A DNA stretch of 64,000 nt. It comes from Chiloscyllium plagiosum (taxonomy: Eukaryota). The position numbers were made by a program, and so were the translations under genes. Positions 35,480-48,525 of this stretch are shown piece by piece. The stretch is taken from the NCBI RefSeq assembly GCF_004010195.1, contig NC_057731.1, positions 17,822,720 through 17,886,719 of the forward strand. Direction: 5' to 3'. Each line of letters starts with the position of its first letter. The stretch's first letter is position 1. The notes beneath the pieces were generated by a model. That model was not told where the DNA came from and searched no databases. It was given only the letters and a program-made list of their open reading frames with translations.

Positions 35480-38400
35480 CAGTTTTATTGCCTGTCCCTA
35501 GTTGCCCCTGAGAATGGGGTAGTGAGCTGCCTTCTTGAATCGCTATAGAGCACCTGCTGTGGGTTGACCCAGAATGCCATTAGGGAGGGAATTCCAGGAT
35601 TTTGACCCAGTGACAGTGAAGGAATGACAATACATTTCCAATTCAGGATGGTGAGTGGTTTGGAGGGCAACCTGAATGTTCCCATACATCTGCCCTTGTC
35701 TTTCCAGATGGAAGAGGTAGTTGGTTTGAAAGGTGCTCTTTGAGGATCTTATAGATAGTACGCACAGCTGGTTCTGAGCATTAGTGATGGAGGGAGTGAA
35801 TGCTTGTGGATGTTGTACCAATCAAGCCGGCTGCTTTGTCCTGGATGGTGTCAAGCTTTTTTTAGTGTTGTTGGGACTGCACTCATCCAGGCACGTGGGG
35901 AGTATTCCATCACACTCCTGACTTGGGCATTGGAGATAGGCTTTGGGGAGTCAGGATGTGAGTTACTCACTGCAGTATTCCTAGCCTCTGAGCTGATCTT
36001 GTAGCCATTGCATTTGTGTGATGAGTCGAGTTGAGTTTCTGATCAATGATAACTTCCAGGATGTTGATAGTGGGGGATTCAGTGATGATCACACCACTAA
36101 ATGTCAAGGGCAGTGGTTAGATTGTCTCTTATTGGAGATGGTCATAGCCTGGCAATTATGTGGTACGAATGTTTCTTGCCACTTGTCAACCCAAGTCTGA
36201 ATATTGTCCAGATCTTGTTGGCATTTGGACATATATTGCTGCAGTACCTGAGGAGTCAGGAATGGTCTGAACATTGTGCAATCATCAGCGAACCTTATGA
36301 TGGAGGGAAGGTCATTGATGAAGCAGCTGAAGATGGTTGGGCTGAGGACACTACCCTGAGGGACTCCTGCACAAATGTTCTGGAGCTGAGATGACTGACG
36401 TCCAACAACTATGACCATCTTCCTATGTGCCCGGAATGACTCTAAGCATCAGAGAGTTTGCCCCCTGATACCCACTGATTCCAGCTTTGCTAGGGTTCCT
36501 TGATGCCACATTCATCAAATGCAACCTTGATGTGAAGAGCTGTCACTCTCACCTCACCTCTGGAATTCAGCTCTTTTGTCCATGTTTGAACCAAGGCTGT
36601 AATGAGGAGCTGAGTTGTCCTGATGGAACCCAAACTGGGCATCAGTGAGCGGGTTACTGCTTGATAGCACTGATCATGACACCTTTCATCACTTGACTGA
36701 TGATTGTCAGTAGATTGATGGGGCTGTAACTGACTGGGTTGGATTTGTCCTGCTTTTTATGTACAGGACATACCTGGGCAACTTGCCACATGTGGGGTAG
36801 ATGCCAGACTTGAAACTGTACTGGAACAGCTTGGCTAGGGGAGCGGCATGTTCTAGTGCACAAGTCTTCAGGACTATTGCTGTAATATTGTCAGGGCTCA
36901 TTGCCTTTGTAGTATCCAGTGCCTCCATTCATTTCTTGTTATCATGTTTCATGAATCGAATTGGCTGAAGACTGGTATCTGTGATGCTGGAGACCACCTG
37001 AGGAGCCTGAGGTGGATTATCCACTCGTCCCTTCTTGCTGAAGATTGCTGCAAAAGCTTCAGCCTTATCTTTTGCACTGATATGCTGGGCTCACCCATCA
37101 TTGAGGATGAGATATTTATGGAGCTTCCTCCTCCAGTGTTTAATCATCCACCACAATTCACAACTGGATGTGGAAGGAATGTGAGATTAGTTCTGATCTG
37201 TTGGTTGTGGGATTGTTTAACTCTGCCTATTGCTTCCTGTTTATGCTGTTTGGCGTACCAGTAGTCCTGTTTGGTTGCTTTACCAGGTTGACACCTCATC
37301 TTCAGGTATGTCTGGTGCTGCTCCTGGCATGTCCTTCTGCACACTCCATTAAAGCAGAGTTGATCTCCTGGCTTGATGGTAATGGTTCAGAGGGGGATAT
37401 GCCAAGCCATGAGATTACAGATGGCTCACAGCACCTCATGGATGCCCAGTCTTGAGTTACTAGACCTGTTCAAAGTCTGTCCCATTTAACACAATGATGG
37501 TGCCATACAACACAATGGAGGTATTCTCAATGTGAAGGTGGTGGCCACTATTACCAATACTGCCATTGACAGATGCATCTGCAGCTGGCGTATTGGTGAG
37601 GATAAGGTCAAGTATGTTTTTCCCTCTTGTTGGTTCCCTTACCATGTGCTACAGACCCAGCCGAGCAGTTATGTCATAGAGTCATAGAGATGTACGGCAT
37701 GGAAACAGACCCTTTGGTCCAACCATCCATGCTGACCAGATATCCCAACCCAATCTAGTCCCACCTGCCAGCACCCCGCCCATATCCCTCCAAACCCTTC
37801 CTATTCATATACCCATCCAAACGCCTTTTAAATGTTGCAATTGTACCAGTCTCCACCACTTCATCTGGCAGCTCATTCCATACATGTACCACCCTCTGCG
37901 TGAAAAAGTTACTCCTAAGGTCTCTTTTATATCTTTCCCCTCTCACCCTAAACCTATGCCTTCTAGTTCTGGACTCCCCCACCCCAGGGAAAAGACTTTG
38001 TCTATTTATCCTATCAATGCCCCTCATAATTTTGTAAACCTCTATAAGATCACCCCTCAGCCTCTGATGTTCAAGGGAAAACAGCCCCAGTCTATTCAGC
38101 CTCTTCCTACAGCTTAAATCCTCCAAACCTGGCAACATCCTTGTAAATCTTTTCGGAACCCTTTCAAGTTTCATACCAGCTTTCTGATAGGAAGGAGACC
38201 AGAATTGCACACAATATTCCAACAGTGGTCTAACCAATGTCCTGTAGAGCCGCAACTTGACCTCCCAACTCCTGTACTCAATACTCTGACTGATAAAGGA
38301 AAGCATACCAAACACCTTCTTCACTATCCTATCTACCTGCAACTCCACTTTCAAGGAGCTATGAACCTGCACTCCAAGGTCTCTTTGTTCAGAAACACTC

Positions 38401-39580
38401 CCTAGGACCTTACCATTAAGTGTATAAGTCCTGCTAAGATTTGATTTCCCAAAATGCAGCACCTCTCATTTATCTGAATTAAACATCATCTGCCACTTCT
38501 CAGCTCATTGGCCCATCGGATCAAAATCCTGTTGTAATCTGAGGTAACCTTCTTCGCTGTCCACCAAACCTCCAATTTGTGTCATCTATAAATTTACTAA
38601 CTATACCTCTTATGCTTACATCCAAATCATTTAAATAAATGACAAAATGTAGTGATCACAGGCCTCCAGTCTGAAAAACAACCACTATCACTACCCTCAG
38701 TCTTCTATCTTTGAGCCAGTTCTGTATCCAAATGGCGAGTTCTCCCAGGATTCCATGAGATCTAACCTTGCTAACCAGTCTCCCATGGGGAATTTTGTCG
38801 AACGCCTTACTGAAGTCCATATAGATCACATCTACTGCTCTGCCCTCATCAATCCTGTTTGTTACTTCTTCAAAACTCAATCCTTTAGGACCTGATGAGC
38901 TTGATCAGTAATGCTGCTGCTGAGTCACTCTTGGTGATGGACATTGAAATCCCCCACCCAGAGTACATTTTGTGCCCTTATCATCCTCAGTGTTTCCTCT
39001 GAGTGTTGTTCAACCTGGAGGAGTACTGATTTATCAGCCGTGGAAGGACGGTATGTAGTAATCAGCAGGACATTTCCTTGCCCACGTTTAACCTGACGTT
39101 ATGAGACTTCATAGGATCTGGAGTCAATGTTGAAGACTCCAGTACAACTCCCTCCTGACTGCATATCGCTGTGCCATCACCTTTACTGGGTCTGTTCTGC
39201 TGTCCTGATGGGACAGGACATCTCTAGGGATGGTGATGGTGATGGTGGTGTCTCGGACATTGTCTGTAAGGTATGATTCCATGAGTATGACCTGTCAGGC
39301 TGTTGCTTGCGACAGCTCTTCCATTTTTGACACAAACTCCCAGATGTTATTGAGGAGGACTTCATAGGGTTGGCAGAGCTGTTTCATTTCGGATGCTAGG
39401 TCAATGCCAAGTGATCTGTCCAATTTCATTTCTTTGATATGCTGCAGTGATTGCTACAAATGAGTGGCTTGCTGGGGCAATTGAGAGTCAACCACATTGC
39501 TGTGGATCTGGAATCACATGTAGGCCGGACCATGTGAGAACGGCAGATTTCCTTCCCCAAAGGACATTAGTGAACCAGAC
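35480..39580 (-). mobile_element. Long CR1/L2-group LINE interrupted by a CR1 at 37675-38882
   Basis: VREPTRGKNILDLILTN (APE), KAMSPDNITAIVLKTCA..LAKLFQYS and GVPQGSVLSPTIFSCFINDLPSII..FADD (RT). 3' tail with AATAAA near 35485. Confidence 0.9.
37675..38882 (-). mobile_element. Young CR1/HER1 3' part
   Basis: A 235-aa ORF LHFGKSN..RDLGVQVHSSLKV..LVRPLLEYCVQFWSP..FFTQRVV, plus VDVIYMDFSKAFDKIPH. Tail (ctatgact)n. Confidence 0.95.
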
Positions 39581-42284
39581 GGTTTCAGGCTGCCAGGTTG
39601 CAACTACTCCATTTCTCTTTCCTAGCAGAAAAGAGACTTTGTATGAGGTAAATAGGACCATCTTCTGTAAATCAAAGTCATTGCTAACATAAAGTTACAT
39701 AATTGCTGTCACAAAGGAGGCACTGTTGCAAGCAGTCAGTTCCTGCAAAGATAGTCTTTTAAGCAAGTTTAGATTTTGGTCAAAATTTGATGTACAAAAT
39801 CAACACTTGTTTTACGGAAATGTCCATATCAAATCATGAAAAGGGGATTTGCAAAATTCATCCAGGAGTTCAGTGTGGTGAAGATGGTATACTTGGAAAA
39901 TTCTAAGGCATAATTCTTGCTGTGCCAGCTCTCAGTAATTCCTGTGCACTTCACCGCATGATCATCAATGTTTTGCAGGAAAGCGTGGATTGTTCATCTT
40001 TCTCACAAGTATGACATTATCAGTGAGAACTTTCACCACATCATGATCATCCATTTCAAGATGATTGAACATCTCTCCAATTCATTCATTCTGTTTCTGC
40101 ATTGAAGACTGCATTTCAGTTTTGAAGAATTCTGAAAGCCATTCCCTTTCAAAATGTGCACAGGATTTCTTTTTTGAAGATTGATTTGCTTTTCTTCTGG
40201 ACATGTTTTAAACTTACGAAGAAAACAAGCTTTAAATTTGGAAAGATAAATATAAGCTGCCATTTGAGTCAATGGTTATTTCCTTCTGGAGTGGATGCCT
40301 GCTTCCTTGGAGCTAGCTCCCGATCCTCCAGGTCACTGCTGAGATGACTACAAGCTTCCCAGCAATCTCCGACCCTGTTCTTACAGGATTCAACTTGGTT
40401 CCCTGACTGGAGGTGATGTGACCTGGCATTTTCCCCTTCCGAGAATTGCTTCACTGACCACAAGTTTATGAAATTTGCCTGGAGCTGGAAGCAATTGTGT
40501 GGTTGAGGACTGAATTGTGAAATCCTGCATTTCGTTCTGACCCCTGGTGGATCCTGGGATTCATGGGCCATCTTACACGGCGGTTGGAAAGTGCTTTATG
40601 AGGGTCTGAGGAGGATTCCTTCGTTGGCCGTTTGGGTGCAGCCCATCCGGTGTGTGGACAAGCACAGAATGTATGTGGATTTTGTTTTCTTGGCGCATGG
40701 CTGTGAAAGCACACAACCAACAGGGAGTGTTGGTCACATCCACGTTTCTGTGCACTTCTCCAGCATGCCAACTATCACAGCCACACAATCAGTGACAGCC
40801 TACCTGTGTGTTGCAAGGGAGGTCATGCCTCACATCAGGCAGACCTAGAAAGCAGAAGATGGTGCTTTAGTGGGGTGGAAGTAGTTTTTGGTGATGGTGC
40901 CTGCATTACTGTATTCCCTGAGCTTCCTCCTGGAGATGGTGCTCCAAATCAAGGGTCTCAAGGTTGCACAAGTCTGTTGGCCCTTCTGAGCTTCCTCCTG
41001 ACCCTTGTTTTGAGCTGTGGTATTACATAGTAACTACAGGTGGAGTGACTTTGGAATGTTTGCTTTCCTCCGCATTGACATCCTACACTCCACTTCAACC
41101 ATTTCCTTTTAATTGTATATTTTCAGATACTCAAGTCCTGGTCTTTGGACATAACTCTTTGATGTTTGTTAAATTGGGTGTGTTGTTTAATAAAGATGTT
41201 TGTGAAATTTTTGTTGAAGACTTTTGTTGTTGACCGATGGCCAAGGGAACATTGTGTTAGAGAGTGTGAAATGAATATGTGGGTTTTGACTGGTGAGCCC
41301 ATGATTGAATGCAGATGTTATTGAAGTGAAAGCAGAGTCTCACAACATTTTTATATACAATCCAACCTTTTCTCCAGGCAGTGGATGCTCCTCACTGCCG
41401 CTTCTTCCTATCTACCCTCCTAGCCTTATCCATTCCATTTTGTGGTCATTTGCAGCAACTGGGCCTATCCCAGGGTCAGATTATCCCCTCTCCTCCTCAG
41501 CTGTGTTGGAGACTGGCCAAAGGAATCTCCAGGTTTATCTAAGTAAAAGTGATTCAAAAATACCTTGCCATAAATTCAAGGAGTGGCCCTTTAATTAGCC
41601 CAAATTCCGATCCTATCTTGCAGATACCAGGTCGGTGAATGTTGCACAGATTCATAACTTGGATCTAAAATGTCTAAGCTTAGAACCATGTGACTCAGTT
41701 AAACTGTTTGAAATCAAATGCTGCTGATTTGAGTGCAAATCTGAGTCTGTAATAATCAGAATTTACACTCTTTGGAGATATCCGTATGTGTCCCTTCTCA
41801 TTTAGAAAATCTCTTCAGGTCACACTGAGAGCAGATAACAATGCACGCAGCACAAAAAGACATGTATATTCTGCACAACACCACTTTCTCCAAAGCATTG
41901 CTACAAGTGGTGCTAGACAAGGAAATTTCCAGCTTCACTGTTTTATGTGAAGGTATAAATAAAACAAGTCTTTCAAAATTTTCCGTGTAATGTTTTAGAT
42001 GGATTACTGATTATAATTGATGCAGTATTAGAAAAATGCTTCTTAGAGCGATAACTTTGATTATTAATTATGTGTTCGTTAATTCTAAGTCATTGCAGTA
42101 GTATTAAACAACCAGAACAATACCTGTATTGACATAAACATCTCAAGGCTCTTCACAAAAAACCTGATCAAGGAGATGGGTTTTAGGCAGCTTCTTAGAA
42201 GAGCCATAGAGAGCCTGAGAAGTTCAGGCAAGAAATTCTTCAACTTATAGATCTCAGACTCCTGAATTTAATGGGAGTTTTATT

Positions 42285-42346
42285 TGTATGTGTGTGTTTT
42301 TATGTGTGTCTATGTGTTAATGTGTATGTTTATGTGTGTGTGTGTG
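42285..42346. repeat. Imperfect (TG)n microsatellite
   Basis: tgtatgtgtgtg...tgtgtgtgtgtgtg. Confidence 0.8.
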
Positions 42347-42759
42347 TTAGGTCACTTAAGTGTAGTGGTTAGGTGGAGTTATCATGAAACTTGCAATAAA
42401 GTAACCCAATTTTACCTCAAAGCTCACACTTAAAGAATGGCTACATGACTGAAATGGATTGTCTATCTCCATGAGAATTCAATGTTATTGAGATAATGGG
42501 AAAGGAACATTGGTATGGAAAGCATTTCTGTAGTAATCCTGTCTCAATTTGAATGCATTTGTTTTGGATTAAAACAAACTTTTTGCTTGATCTAACTTTT
42601 CTGCATACACATGGATATTCGACATATATCCTATAAATCACCTTTCCAAGACAGAAAAGAAGAAAAGTTGAAATTTTTGTTGACATCCCAAGATCTGCAA
42701 GGTTATGAAACAATTATGTAAATTATTTTTCAAAAGTTATAGAAGAAGACGTTTTTTTC

Positions 42760-42984
42760 TGAAGTGATGCTGCAGGAATCCCCAAAGGGTTGAAATCAAT
42801 AAACTTTCTTCTGACGCTTGTGCAAAACTCAGTGACCCAATTCTTTAATTGGTTTGCAGAGTTTGTTTAGAAAATCAAGGGAGGTGACATCACTGAAAGA
42901 CGTTTAACTAAGTGCAGAGAAGGTGCAGGTGACAGAGACAGTTGAGAGCAGATAGTGTAACTTACATTAAAGCAATCCCAAAAA
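42760..42984 (+). promoter_or_regulatory. Putative DNTT proximal promoter and 5'UTR
   Basis: Repeat-free sequence upstream of the ATG. ETS-like CAGGAA at 42773-42778 and E-box CAGGTG at 42926-42931. No obvious TATA box. Confidence 0.45.
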
Positions 42985-43196
42985 ATGAGCTCAACAGGAA
43001 ACCTGGGAGGAATCGGAATCATACCAAAGAGGAAAAGGCAAAAAGTGACAGAAGTCTGCAGTTCACAAAGTAAGCACGAAGTCAGATTTCAAGATCTGAC
43101 CATATTCGTTGTAGAAAGAAAAATGGGATCGAGCAGAAGAATGTTTCTGATGGATTTAGCACGCAAGAAAGGATTCAGAGTCGACGATGTCATGAG
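42985..43196 (+). CDS. DNTT: DNTT (terminal deoxynucleotidyl transferase) coding exon 1: NLS and first part of the BRCT domain
   Basis: ATG at 42985 gives MSSTGNLGGIGIIPKRKRQK...FQDLTIFVVERKMGSSRRMFLMDLARKKGFRVDDVM. This has a PKRKRQK NLS and the TdT/Pol-mu motif ExKMGxxRRxFLMxLARxKGFRV. Phase-2 donor AG|gtacac at 43196/43197. Confidence 0.96.
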
Positions 43197-43345
43197 GTAC
43201 ACATTGTAGTTGATGTACTAGCTTACGTATTATCTTCTTAAAGTACCTACCTGAAATTATGTGATGGGGGCAAGCAGTTGGTGTGATGATATTGATCAAT
43301 TACAATTTTAAACATGCTATTCAGAACATCTATGAAAATGCACAG

Positions 43346-43745
43346 CTGAAAGAGATTTGTCGCATGCTAAACATGACTACAGTTGTACATTTTGTTACTT
43401 GCGATTTTTGTATATGATCCATGACACATTCTCTAAACATAAAGAACCTATTGAATATAAAAATATTAACCATGCCTTGCCTCACTTTTCTCTAATGAAA
43501 CAAAACATTTTATATGCATTCTGCAAGTGGTTTGAAACTTTTTCTGAAAGAGATTTGTCGCATGCTAAACTTGACTACAGTTGTACATTTTGTTACTTGC
43601 GATTTTTGTATATGATCCATGACACATTCTCTAAACGTAAAGAACCTATTGAATATAAAAATATTAACCATGCCTTGCCTCACTTTTCTCTAATGAAACA
43701 AAACATTTTATATGCATTCTGCAAGTGGTTTGAAACTTTTTCTGA
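43346..43745. repeat. Tandem duplication with a 198-bp unit in DNTT intron 1
   Basis: 43346-43543 is repeated at 43544-43741 with two substitutions seen. ctga at the junctions. Confidence 0.95.
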
Positions 43746-46635
43746 TATATGAAGATAAACTCAAACCACAATGAGAACCATTCTGATCTCTTACTCATAC
43801 CTTGTGAATCCATTACTTGTAGTCAAGGGAGTCATTTGCTTCCAAGTACTTATTCTCCTTTCAAAGGAAATTTATCTGACAAATTAACTTTTTAAGGATT
43901 TACTTCTGAAGAATGTTTACACAATACATGAATGAAAAAAGATAGTTTGATTTGAATTGCAGAAAATAATAAAATATTTCATTATCTCAAACATCATTGG
44001 TGTGACCAGTAGATTGCTTAGCATGATGAAAACTATGCTGGCATGCTTTTGTTTTCCATGCATGAGAGAAACGCTTGCAGTTATTTGGTGTCTTTTTTGT
44101 GTTTTTTTCTACACAGTTTAGAATGTTGCCACAATGCTATATTTTGTGCCAAGTACAACCACAGACATGAGTGCAATGTAGAAATGATGGATCAAGCCAG
44201 ATGTCAAAAATCCCCAGTGGTATAGCTGGGGTGTATGTGACAGGAAGATAGGGGCTTAATAATTGTAAATTATTTTTCTCCAAATAAAACCACAGGAAGA
44301 CACACTATGAAATTTCAAACTGTAATTTTACACATGAAGTATTACTTCAAACTGAAAGAATTATTTATCTCAGTGAATTTTAACCACCTGGCATCAAGGT
44401 AATCAAACAAATATGATTTTTTAAAATTAAAATTACAGCAAAAAAATTACTTGTACAATTTTAGAATTTTAAAATGTGTGAGAAAAAGCAGACTAAATAT
44501 TATGTCATTATGATTTTCCATTTTACCTTTCTTTCAAATTATAGTTTGTTTATTTGCAGTTCCCTTAAAACTGGGAAATGTTAGTTGTGGTGAAATGTAA
44601 TATATATGTCCTTGAGGAAAGGCAGCAATGGTTTATTAGACTGTTTCCTGGCATGTGGAATGTCTTTTGAGAAGGTATTATAAAAACTAGACCTATATTC
44701 ATGAAGTTTAGAAGAGGTGATTTTGTTAAAAAGGACTGATTATTAAGCGTAAGGTTCTTTGATGATTGAGTGGGTAGTGACACAGGACTAAGGAGCAAGT
44801 GTAGGTCACTTGGCCCTTCAAGGCTGCTCCACCAATCCATAAGATCATGGCTGATCTGGTTGTGGTCTCAACCTCTCTCTGCTGTCTGTCCCCTATAACC
44901 CTTATCAATCAAAAATATGTCCAACTCAACCTTGAATATATTCAATAATCCAAACTTCATTGCTTTCTGAGGTAGCTAATGACACTCTGAGAGAAAAATA
45001 AATCTTCCCATCTTTAAAAGTGAGACCTGTTACTGTTAAACGAGGCCCCTAGATTGAGCCACTCCTACAAGGTGAAACATTCCCTCAGAATCTATATCTT
45101 TGGTAATTTTTGCCCTTGTTGGTATTCTGGGCGCTGTCCCAAAAATGGGCTATGTCTGCATCCAATCCTGGCCACCACACATAACGTCATGCCAACATCT
45201 TCATTTTGGAAACCCCCTGGATGACCCCGGTGGAGTTCAGCCAGTATCTGGGTGGCGAGCTTTGCTCAGGACAATCACTCTTGTTCCCCATAATAATATG
45301 CCGTCCCCTACTATGATCTGGTTTTGCTGGGTCCAGAAAGATTTCTATTCTAGCTGTGATGGCTCTTTTGTTTCCGCCATCACTACCATCTGTTTTGGTT
45401 TTGCCAAGATGCGACCTTTTTGTACCCACAGTTTGATATTGTCAGCAATGACTGGAACGGTGTCCAGAATGTTTAAAACCAGAAAGGACTCTTCTAGTGG
45501 AGAGACCACCTGTGGTGTATTTGCCTGTGAAGGTGGCTCAATCCATCTGCATTTACCACTTGGCCTCCCAGATGGTGTTCCACTTGTAATTATATACGCT
45601 CAGAATAAGAGCCCACCACTGAATTCGACCTGAAGCTATGGCCCTGTCCTCTTTAAGTAGCCTTAGCAGGGGTTTGTGGTCTGTTCCTATTACAAATTTA
45701 CGTCCATAAAGTTATTGGTGGAACTTTCTCACACCAAAGATGACATTCCTCTCCGCTGGGCCAATGGTGAGCCTTCACTACCCGGATATGGAAAGTGAGG
45801 CATTTCATGTCAGCAGCACACCTCAGCTGGAATCGTAGTCTGGCAACACCTTTTACGATAGCTGCTGTGTCACTTCCGTAAAGGCTACATCTTGTCTCCG
45901 TGACCATTTCCAATGCTGACCCTTTTTCAATAGCAGCTATAAGGATGCCAGGTTGTAGGCCAGGTTTTTATGAAGTTTGTGTAATAAATCACCAGCCCAA
46001 GGAAAGACCTATACATCAGTACAGACATGGAAGCAGGAGCACCTTTGATCACCCTCACTTTATCTTCCTATGGGTGTAACCCAGTCTAAATGGCTCTGTA
46101 GCCCAAGCAGGTCACTTGGGCTGCCTGGAACATACATTTCTGTCCTTACATGTACATCTGCCTGGGAGAAATGTCGAAGGACTATATCCAAGTTCTCTAA
46201 ATGCTCTTTATTGCTCTTCCTGGTTACTAGCGTGCCGTCCAAATAAAGGGTGACCTGGGGTAGTCCTTGTAATATGCTCCTCATCATCCACTGGAAAATG
46301 ACACAGGTTGATGATATCCCAAATGGCAGTCTAGCATACTGATACAATCCCTTATGGGTATTAATTGTGGCATAGCTGCTGCTCTCCCTGCAAAGGCTAA
46401 CTGACCCATTGGTCTTCACAGTTGGTGCTGCCCATTCCACAAACTGTACTGGTTTGATTACCCCGTCACTTTCCACCCTCCTGATTTCTGCTCCTACTTT
46501 TACACATAAGGCAAATGGCAGTGGGCTGGCCTTGTCGAATCATGGAATTGCTTCCTGGTCAACATGCAAGGTGGCCTTGGCTCCTTTGATAGCCCCTATA
46601 CCTTCCTGAAAAACCTCCATGTATTGATTAGATTA

Positions 46636-47870
46636 AGTTAAAAATCACACAACACCAGGTTATAGTCCAACAGGTTTAATTGGAAGCACACTAGCTTTCG
46701 GNNNNNNNNNNNNNNNNNNNNNNNNNNNNNNNNNNNNNNNNNNNNNNNNNNNNNNNNNNNNNNNNNNNNNNNNNNNNNNNNNNNNNNNNNNNNNNNNNNN
46801 NNNNNNNNNNNNNNNNNNNNNNNNNNNNNNNNNNNNNNNNNNNNNNNNNNNNNNNNNNNNNNNNNNNNNNNNNNNNNNNNNNNNNNNNNNNNNNNNNNNN
46901 NNNNNNNTGTGTGTGTGTCTGTCTGGGGTGGGGGTTATGACTGTGAGAAAGTGTGTGTGTTTGTAATGAGTGCAGAGTGTCTTAAGTCTGTGACGGGGTG
47001 CATGTGTGAGTCTGGGAGTGTGTGTCTATAAAGGTGTGTGTAGGTGTCTGTGCACGTCTGTGTATACCTGTGTCCATGTGTATGTGAGAGTGTGTGTATG
47101 TAGGAATGTCTGTGTGTGTGTGTGTGTGTGTGTAGTGCAATGGTGATCACCTGTAATGTGACATGAACCCAAGGTCCTGGTTGAGGCCCTCCTTATGGGT
47201 ACCGAACTTAGCTATTAGCCTTTGTTCGGCCACTTTTCTCTGCTGCCTGTCCCGAAGTCCGCCTTGGAGGATGGTCACCCAAAGGTCCGAGGCTGAATGT
47301 CCTGGACCACTGAAGTGTTCCCCAACTGGGAGGGAACCCTCCTGATTGTTGTGCGGTGCCCATTCATCCGTTGTCGTAGCCTTTGCTCGGTTTCCCCAAT
47401 GTACCATGCCTCTGGGCATCCTTGCCTGCAATGTACAAGATAGACAACGTTGGCTGAGTCACATGAGTACCTGCCATGTACAAGGTGGGAGGTGTTCCCA
47501 CGTGTAATTGTGATATCTATGTCTACAATCTGACGTGTCTTGCAGCGTTCACCGTGACAGGGTTGTATGGAGTTGTCCTGAGAGCCGGGCAGTTCGCTAC
47601 AAACAATGATCTGTTTGAGGTTTGGCGGTTGTTTAAAGGCAATTAGTGGAGGTATGGGGAAGGTCTTTGTGAGGTGCTCATCCTCATTGATAATGTGTTG
47701 CAGGTCACGAAGAACGCTATAAATTCTGTGTTACGATCGAGCCCTCCACTATCACCTAATGAAGGAGCGTCGCTCCGAAAGCTAGTGTGCTTCCAATTAA
47801 ACCTGTTGGACTATAACCTGGTGTTGTGCGATTTTTAACTTTGTAGACCCAAGTCCAACACCGGCAAATC
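46636..47870 (-). mobile_element. Penelope-like element 3' part (GIY-YIG) with an inverted terminal repeat; 12-bp TSD
   Basis: Reverse strand reads CDSANVVYLVHC..WYIGET..PVGEHFSGPGHSASDL.V.ILQGG..AEQRLIAKFGTH..GLN.D.GFMSHY. Termini 46636-46701 and about 47775-47842 are inverted copies. TSD ttgattagatta at 46624-46635 and 47871-47882. Confidence 0.9.
46702..46907. other. Assembly gap (N run)
   Basis: Run of n. Confidence 1.
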
Positions 47871-47871
47871 T

Positions 47872-48525
47872 TGATTAGATTAGATTACTTACAGTGTGGA
47901 AATAGGCCCTTTGGCCCAACAAGTCCACACCGACCCGCCGAAGCGCAACCCACTCCCCTACATTTACCCCTTCACCTAACACTACGGGCAATTTAGCATG
48001 GCCAATTCATCTAACCTGTACACTTTTTTGAACTGTGGGAGGAAACTGGAGTACCCGGAAGAAACCCACGCAGACATGGGGAGAATGTGCAAACTCCTCA
48101 CAGTCAGTCGCCTGAGGCGGGAATTGAACCCGGGTCTCTGGCGCTGTGAGGCAGCGGTGCTAACCACTGTGCCACCGTGTCGCCCACTAAATTTTTAATA
48201 GATTAGATTAGATTACTTACAGTGTGGAAACAGGCCCTTTGGCCCAACAAGTCCACACCGACCCTCCGAAGAGCAACCCACCCAGACCCATTCCCCTACA
48301 TTTACCCCTTTACCTAACACTACGGGCAATTTAGCATGGCCAATTCACTTGACCTGCATGTTTTTTTTGGACTGTGGGAAGAAACCGGAGCTCCTGGAGG
48401 AAACCTTCATAGACATAGTGAGAATGTGCAAACTCCACACAGACAGTTGCCTGAGGTGGGAATTGAACCCAGGTCTCTGGCGCTGTGAGGCAGCAGTGCT
48501 AACCACTGTGCCACCATGCCGCCCA
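47872..48525 (-). mobile_element. Two HE1-like SINEs in tandem (about 47872-48186 and 48200-48525)
   Basis: Each has a (gatta)n tail, the core, and A/B boxes on the reverse strand. Confidence 0.92.

Noticed and set aside
40269-41233. Cluster of overlapping ORFs in GC-richer sequence
   Set aside because: No motif I can assign; likely a transposon relic.
43357-43752. 131-aa ORF with an internal repeat
   Set aside because: By-product of the 198-bp tandem duplication in the intron.
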